Assembly: GCA_002421785.1 (NCBI GenBank)
Contig: DIRZ01000003.1
Span: 210,001 to 242,000 of the forward strand
Origin: Candidatus Saccharimonadota bacterium
Lineage (GTDB): Bacteria > Patescibacteriota > Saccharimonadia > Saccharimonadales > Saccharimonadaceae
Length of the DNA stretch: 32,000 nucleotides
Direction of reading: 5' to 3'
Shown: positions 8,272 to 15,177 of the stretch, piece by piece
How the letters are laid out: each line of letters opens with the position of its first letter
Numbering within the stretch: the first letter of the stretch is position 1
Made by a program: the position numbers and the translations under genes
Notes under the pieces: generated by a model
Databases searched by the model: none
Told to the model about the DNA's origin: nothing
What the model saw: the letters and a program-made list of their open reading frames with translations, nothing else

Positions 8272-9587
8272 TCTGACACCTCCCGTTGCATTACCTCGAT
8301 AAGTTGGCTTGACGTCATGCTCTTTGACTCACTATTGTGCATATTCTTTACGGCAAGCGTATTGTTTTTCGTCTCATCGTCACCGATCACGACGACATAC
8401 TTGCAGCCCATCCGATCCGCATACTTCATCTTCTTCTTCATTGATACAGGCTCTGTGTATAGAATAGCTGGTATTCCCGCCGATCGTAGCAGAGAAGCAA
8501 CCTTAAGCGCACGCGGCATCTGCTCATCGCCGAACGGCATGAGCACAACATCTGCCAGGCTTTGCTTTGTAGCCTTAATTACTCCTGCCTCACGCAGCTT
8601 GTAGAACAGACGCGACAGCCCAATCGATATCCCAACACCAGTTAGTTTGGTATTTGTATAGTGGCTCGCTAGGTCATCGTAACGGCCACCCGAGCACACA
8701 CTACCAACGCCTGGCAGATCGTTCAGTGTCGTTTCGTAAACGGTCCCAGTATAATAGTCCAAACCACGCGCAATACGCAAATCGACTTTAAATCGTTTCT
8801 CCGGCACCTTCATGGTACGAAGCGCCTCAACGAGCTCACGCAACTTCACTACGCCACTCTGGAATTGCTCTGAAGTAACCTTAAGGTCTTCAAGTTTTTG
8901 TAATACCTCGTCATTTGTGCCGCTAATTTCCGTGAATTCTAGCACGTGGTCTACTTGCACAGCAGAAAGACCAAGGATCTTCAATTCTGCAACTAGCTCG
9001 TCCCGCGATATCTTCTCCATTTTATCAATAATGCGCAGAACCTCCGCAGAAACCTCCCTCAGGCCGATGCCCTCGAAGAACCCATTCAGTACCAGTCGGT
9101 TATTAATTCGAATCGTGAACTCACCAAAACCAAATTTATCAAAAATTTCATTAATAACGGCAGGAAATTCCGCATCTATAATGGAGCTATCGGAGCCAAT
9201 CACATCAATGTCGCACTGATAAAACTCTCGGAAACGTCCCGCCTGAGCACGCTCAGCGCGATGAACTTTGCCGATATGATAGCGACGGAATGGAAACACC
9301 AAGTCGTTTTCGTGCTCTGCGGCGTAGCGAGCCAGTGGCACGGTCAAGTCAAAACGCAAGCTAAGATCATTGCGACCGCGAGTGAACCGATAGATTTGCT
9401 GCTCGGTTTCGCCGCCACCTTTTGCAAGGAGGACCTCGGATAGTTCAATATCTGGTGTGTCAATCGGTGAATAACCGTACTTTTCGTACGTGCTGCGGAT
9501 AATATCCATTAGTCGATTAAACTCAATTTGATCACCAGGAAGATACTCTCCGAATCCGCTTGGTGTGCGTGGTGTAACCTTTGCCAC
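8268..9587 (-). CDS. hisS: histidine--tRNA ligase
   Basis: Class II aaRS motifs LRFDLTVPLARY, RRYHIGKVHRAERAQAGRFREFYQCD and GGRYDDL, plus a C-terminal anticodon-binding domain. GTG start with an aggag RBS. Confidence 0.95.
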   Translation of the reverse strand: MAKVTPRTPSGFGEYLPGDQIEFNRLMDIIRSTYEKYGYSPIDTPDIELSEVLLAKGGGETEQQIYRFTRGRNDLSLRFDLTVPLARYAAEHENDLVFPFRRYHIGKVHRAERAQAGRFREFYQCDIDVIGSDSSIIDAEFPAVINEIFDKFGFGEFTIRINNRLVLNGFFEGIGLREVSAEVLRIIDKMEKISRDELVAELKILGLSAVQVDHVLEFTEISGTNDEVLQKLEDLKVTSEQFQSGVVKLRELVEALRTMKVPEKRFKVDLRIARGLDYYTGTVYETTLNDLPGVGSVCSGGRYDDLASHYTNTKLTGVGISIGLSRLFYKLREAGVIKATKQSLADVVLMPFGDEQMPRALKVASLLRSAGIPAILYTEPVSMKKKMKYADRMGCKYVVVIGDDETKNNTLAVKNMHNSESKSMTSSQLIEVMQREVSE

Positions 9588-9703
9588 TTATTGCTCCTAT
9601 CTTGCGCGCTACTATTACTCTCATTAAACACTAGTCGGCCCCTGTTGCCTAGGCCTATGCTCGCCGCCGTGCACCCATTGCGACTCGAGCCGGGCTGATG
9701 ACA

Positions 9704-10258
9704 CTAGCCCTGATCTTCTTCGGCTTTACGATATGCCGCGGCTTCGCGGAGTGCAATCTCAACAGCTTCCTGCGGCGTGGACGCCCCAAATGCATACCTA
9801 CGCTTGCGCTCGTCAAGATAGTTATCAGCTAACTTCTCACTCCAGCCGCCTACATTCTTCATGGCAATCATCGGGATGTCCGCTTGATAGGCGATCGCCA
9901 TCTCGGTCAGCGTACCTGACCCGCCACTAACTGCGATGACCGCATCGCATGACAGGACGAGCACCGTCTCGCGCCCTCCACCGCGCTCTAGCCCTGACGC
10001 AACGATAAAATCCGCTTCGTTCCGCTCCCATACCCTTTTACCCTTTCCGTACGTAATGCCAACCGTTAAGCCTCCTGCCGATTTTGCCCCCCGACAGGCT
10101 GCCGTTGAAAGCGAGTCACTATCTTTCTCGGCTCCAAATACGAGTGTTGCTCCATTCTTTGCAATCAATACACCAATCTCTTCTGCCAGCTTCTCAACAC
10201 TATCACCATAGCCTAAGTCGGCCGCTGACCCCATTACGCCGATTTGTAGTTGTCTCAT
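9704..10258 (-). CDS. LOG / TIGR00725-family Rossmann protein (lysine-decarboxylase-like)
   Basis: IGVMGSA N-terminus and a SGGSGTLTE motif (PGGxGTxxE-type). Confidence 0.6.
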   Translation of the reverse strand: MRQLQIGVMGSAADLGYGDSVEKLAEEIGVLIAKNGATLVFGAEKDSDSLSTAACRGAKSAGGLTVGITYGKGKRVWERNEADFIVASGLERGGGRETVLVLSCDAVIAVSGGSGTLTEMAIAYQADIPMIAMKNVGGWSEKLADNYLDERKRRYAFGASTPQEAVEIALREAAAYRKAEEDQG

Positions 10259-10354
10259 ACTGTTCCTTTCGTCAAACTGCTACTAGTATACAGTGCACCT
10301 TCACATATATCCTACATCTTCCGCCTCGATCACGGCCATATTCTCATGGGGTCG

Positions 10355-10383
10355 TTGAGATTCTGTAGCTTCGGTGGTATAAT
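10355..10383 (+). promoter_or_regulatory. promoter of tRNA-Gln
   Basis: TTGAGA, 17-nt spacer, TATAAT with an extended -10 (tggtataat). The -10 ends 11 nt before the mature tRNA 5' end. Confidence 0.6.
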
Positions 10384-10394
10384 CAAGAACGTCT

Positions 10395-10469
10395 TGGGGT
10401 GTCGCCAAGTGGTAAGGCACTGGGTTCTGGTTCCAGCATTCGGGGGTTCGAATCCCTCCACCCCAGCCA
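10395..10469 (+). tRNA. tRNA-Gln (anticodon CTG)
   Basis: Manual cloverleaf. The sequence is close to E. coli tRNA-Gln, with anticodon loop ttCTGgt, T-loop ttcgaat and an encoded CCA. Confidence 0.9.
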
Positions 10470-10506
10470 AATTAAACGTCGGTGCGGCTGCACCGACGTT
10501 TAATTT
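10470..10506 (+). terminator. long hairpin terminator after tRNA-Gln
   Basis: aattaaacgtcggtgc-ggct-gcaccgacgtttaattt: a perfect 16-bp stem. Confidence 0.6.
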
Positions 10507-10569
10507 GGACATAACATCTATCTAGCTATTCACGCAGTGCAGCAATGGCCCACAACGCCCTGCTATACT

Positions 10570-11139
10570 ATGCGTATGAATAATTCATCATCAAAGTTGA
10601 TGCCCTTACCACTTTGGCTCTACCTCGTCGGGTTGATATTCTTCATCTATCTATTTGTAGCCATCTGGGGCTTTTCAGCAGAGAATTCGAGCAACCTCAT
10701 ACTATCCGGCATGTACCTCGTCAATTTTGGCGTCCACGAAGTCTCACACATTATATTATTCTTCCTGCCAGCCATCTACGTAGCCGCCGCAGGCTCGGTC
10801 GGCGAGGTGGGCTTTACTGTACTCGTACTAGCCGCCACACTCAAAACAAAGTCGTATTTTGCAGCAGTCTTTGCTGGCCTATGGGTCATGCTGGGCCTGA
10901 TGAGTGCCGGCCGATATATGGCGGATGCTCGCACCCAAATCCTGCCCCTCATAGGGCCCGGAGAAACTGTTCAGCATGACTGGCACTATGTATTCTCGCA
11001 ACTCGGCTGGCTTAACGCCGACACCACAATCGGAGGCAGCGTACAAGCTGTCGGAATAGTTGTCGGCGTACTCAGCCTACTTTTTGGTGCGTACCTGATC
11101 GCGCTGAAGCTCTATAAGTCCACCGCTGTCAAGAACTAG
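10570..11139 (+). CDS. membrane protein with intramembrane HExxH motif (putative zincin-like peptidase, DUF3267-like)
   Basis: About 5 TM segments, with VHEVSHI inside a hydrophobic segment. I prefer the ATG at 10570 (MRMNNSSS) over the GTG at 10537. The 3' end overlaps the convergent Erm-like gene by about 60 nt. Confidence 0.5.
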   Translation: MRMNNSSSKLMPLPLWLYLVGLIFFIYLFVAIWGFSAENSSNLILSGMYLVNFGVHEVSHIILFFLPAIYVAAAGSVGEVGFTVLVLAATLKTKSYFAAVFAGLWVMLGLMSAGRYMADARTQILPLIGPGETVQHDWHYVFSQLGWLNADTTIGGSVQAVGIVVGVLSLLFGAYLIALKLYKSTAVKN

Positions 11140-11853
11140 TCGGTGAAGCGTCACCCACTGCGCCAGAGTAAGCTCAGAGGGTTTTCGCTCTGGCGATACC
11201 CCCACGCTCGCACGTGGCAGCTTAGCGAACACCTTAGGATCATGGAAGCTCTGCTCAATGAGGGTTCTATACAACGGCATATCTTTCTGGGGCAGCAGCT
11301 GCCCTGCACGACGAGTCATTGCGAGCAGTACTGTGTCAACATTTGGATGTGGCCAGTAGTCGGTCCGACGCAATTCCCTCAATATCTTCACGTCGTACAA
11401 AGGCCCAACAATCATGCCAAGTGCACCAGTAAAGTGACTATCACTTTGTACCAGTTTTTTTGCGAACTGCTTTTGAACTATTAAATATATCGCATCTGGC
11501 GGATTATCTGCTTCTGTCAGTCGGCGTACAATCTGTGAGCTCAGATGAAACGGAATGTTAGAGAATACCTTATACTTGCTCGTTGGTAGCTCCATGGTCA
11601 GAAAGTCGCCGACGACTACCACTACATTGTCTAAACGAGTCATATTATCGCGTAGTTTCGCAGCTGCGCCTGGTTCATATTCCACCGCAATCACTTTCCC
11701 TGCGCGCGCCGCTAGTGCACTCGCAATCACACCGCTACCCGCACCAATATCGTACACGATATCATCGCGGGTTATCGAGGTCTTGCGCACAAGCTGCGCC
11801 ACGAAACCAGGGTTTCGTAAAAAATACTGTGAATATTCAGCAAGTCGTTTCAT
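11077..11853 (-). CDS. Erm-like 23S rRNA (adenine-N6)-methyltransferase (Erm/KsgA family)
   Basis: SQYFL, the SAM motif DIGAGSG, YKVFSNIPFHLSSQIVRRL, AIYLIVQKQFAKKL and YWPHPNVDTVLL align by eye with the ErmC blocks SQNFI, EIGSGKG, YKIFGNIPYNISTDIIRKI, EIYLIVEYGFAKRL and FHPKPKVNSSLI. Confidence 0.75.
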   Translation of the reverse strand: MKRLAEYSQYFLRNPGFVAQLVRKTSITRDDIVYDIGAGSGVIASALAARAGKVIAVEYEPGAAAKLRDNMTRLDNVVVVVGDFLTMELPTSKYKVFSNIPFHLSSQIVRRLTEADNPPDAIYLIVQKQFAKKLVQSDSHFTGALGMIVGPLYDVKILRELRRTDYWPHPNVDTVLLAMTRRAGQLLPQKDMPLYRTLIEQSFHDPKVFAKLPRASVGVSPERKPSELTLAQWVTLHRLVLDSGGLIELQRDQVRTKK

Positions 11854-11854
11854 A

Positions 11855-12322
11855 TTATTTCCGTTTTGGCAGTTCGCGCACCACCAACACCGCGCTCCAA
11901 AGCAATAAACTGGCGAAAGCCACCAGCCACCAACCGTTCATGGTCGGGATTGTTGCTCCAAGCAGCCCAGAATTTATGCCATCACTCGCGACAATATTTG
12001 ATACAATCGCCACAAGTAGCCATAGGATAGGCACAGCAAATACAGCGAGTCTGCTAATTTGACGGGGCGCCGCACTGAATTTCATGCTCAGCAAATACGG
12101 CAACGCAAGCACCTCGAGGAGTGGCAACAAAGCAGCTATTATAACGACAGTCGCCTCACCGCCCGCAAATCCATACCCCGCAACGACATCCCCAAAATCC
12201 TCATACGAGAATAGCTGCGCGACAGCCATCACAAGGTACACACAAGCAAGCGTAAACCCTCGCCAATACGCGGCGTTTTTGTAAAATTCCGCTGGAAATA
12301 TATCAATGATTTGCTGCTTCAT
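11855..12322 (-). CDS. membrane protein, unknown function
   Basis: 4 TM segments. The stop is 1 nt upstream of the Erm-like start, so the two are probably co-transcribed. Confidence 0.5.
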   Translation of the reverse strand: MKQQIIDIFPAEFYKNAAYWRGFTLACVYLVMAVAQLFSYEDFGDVVAGYGFAGGEATVVIIAALLPLLEVLALPYLLSMKFSAAPRQISRLAVFAVPILWLLVAIVSNIVASDGINSGLLGATIPTMNGWWLVAFASLLLWSAVLVVRELPKRK

Positions 12323-12487
12323 ACCCCTAGTATAAGGCTTCTAAAGATTTTTTTACATTTTTTACAGAAACGCTTGCGTTAAAGAAACATAAGGTGTATT
12401 GTACTGATAGCGAAGTTACAAAAACAAACACACCAAAAAAACTTGTAGCATCTCGCTCTACGATATATCCACCACAACATATCTTTG

Positions 12488-12514
12488 AAATACCCCACAT
12501 CTCGTGGGGTATTT
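12488..12514 (-). terminator. hairpin downstream of trmD
   Basis: aaataccccac-atctc-gtggggtattt: an 11-bp stem with short U tails on both strands. Confidence 0.5.
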
Positions 12515-12529
12515 CGCTGATGTCAGGAG

Positions 12530-13183
12530 TTATTCTGCGCGTTTACTGTTTTGTGCCCGCCAGGCGGCGATATCAGCGTGATGACCGCTGAGTAGTACGG
12601 ATGGCACCTTACGGCCATTCCAGTCCTCTGGACGTGTATATTGTGGGAATTCAAGCGTCTCTCCATCACTGAAGCTCTCAATGCTGGCGCTTTCCGCCCC
12701 ACCCAGTACACCGGGGATTAGACGTACGATACTATCAATAATTGTCATCGCGGGCAATTCGCCGCCCGTCAGCACGTAATCACCGACGCTTAGCTCGGCA
12801 TCGATCAGCTCCAGTATACGCTCGTCATAGCCCTCGTAACGCCCGCACACAAATATATAGCCCTGCTCTGCCTCGCTGTACTCCTGTGCCATTGACTGCT
12901 TCCAGCGCTGCCCCCGTGGAGTCATTAGCAATACCTTCGCTTGGGGATCATTCTGCTTTGCCGCTGTGATTGCGTTCCATAGTGGCTCCACCATCAGCAA
13001 CATGCCGTCACCGCCACCATAGGGCGTATCGTCAACTTGTCGGCGCGGGCCCAGGCCGTATTCGCGTAAATCAACCGTCGACAGCTCCACAATACCGTCT
13101 TTTTGGGCCTTCCACATCATAGAATTGCCAAATACACCCTTAAACATGTCGGGAAATAAGGTGACTACTTGAAATTTTCTCAT
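12530..13183 (-). CDS. trmD: tRNA (guanine37-N1)-methyltransferase
   Basis: 217 aa. MRKFQVVTLFPDMF N-terminus, YGGGDGMLL, CGRYEGYDERI and VLTGGELPAM are typical TrmD blocks. Confidence 0.95.
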   Translation of the reverse strand: MRKFQVVTLFPDMFKGVFGNSMMWKAQKDGIVELSTVDLREYGLGPRRQVDDTPYGGGDGMLLMVEPLWNAITAAKQNDPQAKVLLMTPRGQRWKQSMAQEYSEAEQGYIFVCGRYEGYDERILELIDAELSVGDYVLTGGELPAMTIIDSIVRLIPGVLGGAESASIESFSDGETLEFPQYTRPEDWNGRKVPSVLLSGHHADIAAWRAQNSKRAE

Positions 13184-13203
13184 CTGTTATAGTATCGCAT
13201 GTA

Positions 13204-13232
13204 TTGACTTTTTTGTCTATATATGCTAATAT
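13204..13232 (+). promoter_or_regulatory. near-consensus sigma70 promoter of small GC3-rich ORF (module A)
   Basis: TTGACT (13204-13209), 17-nt spacer, TAATAT (13227-13232). Confidence 0.6.
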
Positions 13233-13288
13233 GTCGTTAGCTTTCGACACATTCCAGTCGACTGCGTCCCTACGAACAAGGAGAAAAG

Positions 13289-13543
13289 ATGCTCAATGCA
13301 GTCCTGGAGTACTGCTCACCAACGATGACCACACTCGCACTCCTGAGCAAGGAGCCCGACGAGAACGGGGTGATCGCACTCATCTTCAACTACATCCCGA
13401 CGTGGAAGCGGCCCCTGCTCAGGCTCCAGATCAAGAGGAACTTCCTCGTCAAGACGAAGAAGAAGGTCGAGGTACACTTCGACCGACTGATCATGCCTGG
13501 CGAGCCCCTCGCAACAGGCATACGCCTTGTGCCGCGGGCCTAA
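13289..13543 (+). CDS. orphan 84-aa protein with strongly GC3-biased codon usage
   Basis: aaggag RBS 6-7 nt upstream. By hand count about 70 of 84 codons end in G/C. No family recognised. Confidence 0.55.
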   Translation: MLNAVLEYCSPTMTTLALLSKEPDENGVIALIFNYIPTWKRPLLRLQIKRNFLVKTKKKVEVHFDRLIMPGEPLATGIRLVPRA

Positions 13544-13550
13544 GCCCTAA

Positions 13551-13651
13551 GCCCACCAAAAACTGCTTTGCCGAATTGGCTCGATCTGATTGAGAGACCT
13601 CGTTTCTCTCGGGTCGCCACAAACCCAATTCAGACGAGCCAATCGGTGGGC
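13551..13651 (+). other. about 100-nt highly structured element (complex terminator or ncRNA) after the 84-aa ORF
   Basis: Nested pairings: gcccacc/ggtgggc (outer), ccga(a)ttggctcg/cgagccaatcgg (12-13 bp) and gagaga-cctcgtt-tctctc (apical), followed by tatttt. An alternative pairing is gaattgg/ccaattc. Confidence 0.45.
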
Positions 13652-13687
13652 TATTTTCGTGCCCGAAATATGGTATTATATAAGCAC

Positions 13688-14020
13688 ATGGGTGAGGATT
13701 TTCAATCAACAACTACCAACGTAAGTGGGGTTACGGATGCGGAACGGCTTGAAGCTAGCACGCGACAAGTTTTCATTGCGCCCGTACATGATGACGTGGT
13801 CGCAGATGATTTGCCCGATGAGGTTATCGTCACCCGCCACCTCGTACAGCCACCAATCGGCAATATTCCTACCGACTCCGAATTAACCACTTCATCATCC
13901 GCACAGCAACACATCGACCAAAAAAATCACCGTTTTGCCCTGACTGTTAGCTTAGTCACGGTAGCTATCGTCAGTGGCGTATCGCTCGTCGCCTACCTGA
14001 CTGTCGCGCACCTTAGTTAA
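13688..14020 (+). CDS. tail-anchored hypothetical membrane protein (110 aa)
   Basis: Acidic N-terminal region plus a C-terminal TM (FALTVSLVTVAIVSGVSLVAYLTV). The ATG at 13688 lies 8 nt after an extended -10 (tggtattat, 13671-13679), so the mRNA may be leaderless. The track ORF starts earlier, at TTG 13568 inside the structured element. Confidence 0.45.
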   Translation: MGEDFQSTTTNVSGVTDAERLEASTRQVFIAPVHDDVVADDLPDEVIVTRHLVQPPIGNIPTDSELTTSSSAQQHIDQKNHRFALTVSLVTVAIVSGVSLVAYLTVAHLS

Positions 14021-14043
14021 CCCATCAATTTGCAGCCACCAAA

Positions 14044-14071
14044 AAACCCACTCTAATTTTGGAGTGGGTTT
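14044..14071. terminator. bidirectional rho-independent terminator
   Basis: aaacccactc-taattttg-gagtgggttt: a 10-bp stem between the convergent plus-strand ORF and the KH gene. Confidence 0.7.
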
Positions 14072-14150
14072 CTTAGACATATAAGGCTCTCAAACCTTGT
14101 GGTTTGCTCGCATGAGCTGGTTCAGTGTTCTCGCATTGAACTGTTTATGA

Positions 14151-14579
14151 TTATATATCGAGGTCGTCTAGTTCCGCAAGCTCTTTGCGAGACTTTTTTG
14201 CGAAGTCCGATTCTTCAGGTTCGTCGTTATCCACACTTACAGCGGTTGAATTATCCACAACGTCTACTATTTCGCCATCTTCGGTCGCCGCGTCATCGCT
14301 TGAAATAACAGTTGATTCGTCAGGATTGTCGTTATTGACGATCTTTAAGTTGTACCTCGCAGCGTTTTTTGTCCCAAGCGCACGAAGCAACGTGCGCAAG
14401 CTTTGCGCCGTAACGCCACGCCGGCCAATCACTCGGCCAAGATCTTCTGGGTTTACGGTCAGTGTGAGTAGCACACCTTTTTCGTCAACAATGCGGTCAA
14501 CGATAACGTCGTCCGGGTTGCCGACAAGTGATTTTACGATATATTCTACGAATTGCTGGTCAATAGTTGACATGCCCAC
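14151..14579 (-). CDS. KH-domain RNA-binding protein (KhpA/YlqC-like) with long acidic C-terminal tail
   Basis: The N-terminal 75 aa (LVGNPDDV...GRVIGRRGVTAQSLRTLL) match the UPF0109/KhpA KH fold and the usual position after rpsP. The extra 60 aa or so are D/E-rich. Confidence 0.8.
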   Translation of the reverse strand: MGMSTIDQQFVEYIVKSLVGNPDDVIVDRIVDEKGVLLTLTVNPEDLGRVIGRRGVTAQSLRTLLRALGTKNAARYNLKIVNNDNPDESTVISSDDAATEDGEIVDVVDNSTAVSVDNDEPEESDFAKKSRKELAELDDLDI

Positions 14580-14666
14580 TGGTCTCCTTTTCTGTCTCTC
14601 TGTTAGTATCGTACGCCTTTATTGTATCACGGTTTTACATTTCTCAGAATTGCGCGTTATATAGCT

Positions 14667-14689
14667 AAAACCCCCGGCATCGCCAGGGG
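14667..14689 (-). terminator. hairpin/attenuator between rpsP and KH gene
   Basis: On the minus strand: cccctgg-cgatg-ccggggg followed by tttt. Confidence 0.5.
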
Positions 14690-14711
14690 TTAAAAATATA
14701 CAGCGAATTGA

Positions 14712-15086
14712 TTATTCAGCCGCGACTTCTGCTAGCGCTTCGGCTGCAGGTGCTTCAACAACTTCTTCTTTCGGCTGGTTTTTGCGTAGCTTTTCAGCAT
14801 TGCGAATAGGCTTCTGTTTGTCCTCAGATGCTTGTTTGACCCATTTTGGAAGCTTCACGCCTGCTGTCTTAAGGAGCTTAACGACACGTGGAGTTGGCTG
14901 TGCGCCGTTGTCAAGGAACTTCTGCGCTTCCTCAACCTGAACATTTGCTTCTTTTGTGTGTGGGTTGTAGCTACCAACATAGGCAACAACACGTCCACTG
15001 CTAGGATGGCGCTGTGACTCTTGCACGGCGAGGCGATAAACTGGATATCCCTTGCGGCCAAGGCGTTGCAAACGAATTGCGAGCAT
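14712..15086 (-). CDS. rpsP: 30S ribosomal protein S16 (with Lys/Ala/Glu-rich C-terminal extension)
   Basis: MLAIRLQRLGRKGYPVYRLAVQESQ... is a canonical S16 N-terminus. Confidence 0.95.
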   Translation of the reverse strand: MLAIRLQRLGRKGYPVYRLAVQESQRHPSSGRVVAYVGSYNPHTKEANVQVEEAQKFLDNGAQPTPRVVKLLKTAGVKLPKWVKQASEDKQKPIRNAEKLRKNQPKEEVVEAPAAEALAEVAAE

Positions 15087-15144
15087 AAAATCTAATTTTC
15101 CTTCTTTATTACTTCACTTATAGGTTGTTTTTTACTTCTGTACC

Positions 15145-15173
15145 ATTTTACACTTTTTTTACAGTAGTGTCAA
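15145..15173 (-). promoter_or_regulatory. consensus sigma70 promoter of rpsP
   Basis: On the minus strand: TTGACA (15173..15168), 17-nt spacer, TAAAAT (15150..15145). Confidence 0.6.
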
Positions 15174-15177
15174 TCTG

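Noticed and set aside
9588-9703. T-box leader upstream of hisS (aatgggtgcacggcg vaguely resembles the T-box sequence)
   Set aside because: The intergenic region is only about 116 nt and the match to AGGGUGGUACCGCG is poor. No specifier-loop or terminator-antiterminator architecture was found.
10250-10525. Track ORFs overlapping tRNA-Gln on both strands (10250..10525 +, 10330..10512 -)
   Set aside because: They span a well-supported tRNA and its terminator hairpin, which explains the mirrored peptide NVGAAAPTFNL on both strands.
13204-13593. 129-aa track ORF overlapping the 84-aa ORF in another frame
   Set aside because: It starts at the TTG that is the -35 box and has no RBS. It translates to a low-complexity Arg/Pro/Glu-rich product. 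This is a typical alternative-frame artefact of GC3-rich coding sequence.
13585-13615. Hammerhead-like ctgattgag followed by a hairpin
   Set aside because: It reads CUGAUUGAG instead of the CUGANGA core, and no GAAA follows stem II. The catalytic core is therefore incomplete.
13551-13651. Integron attC-like recombination site after a cassette ORF
   Set aside because: No RYYYAAC/GTTRRRY core sites are visible at the ends, and no intI-like gene is in the window. I keep it only as an unexplained structured element.
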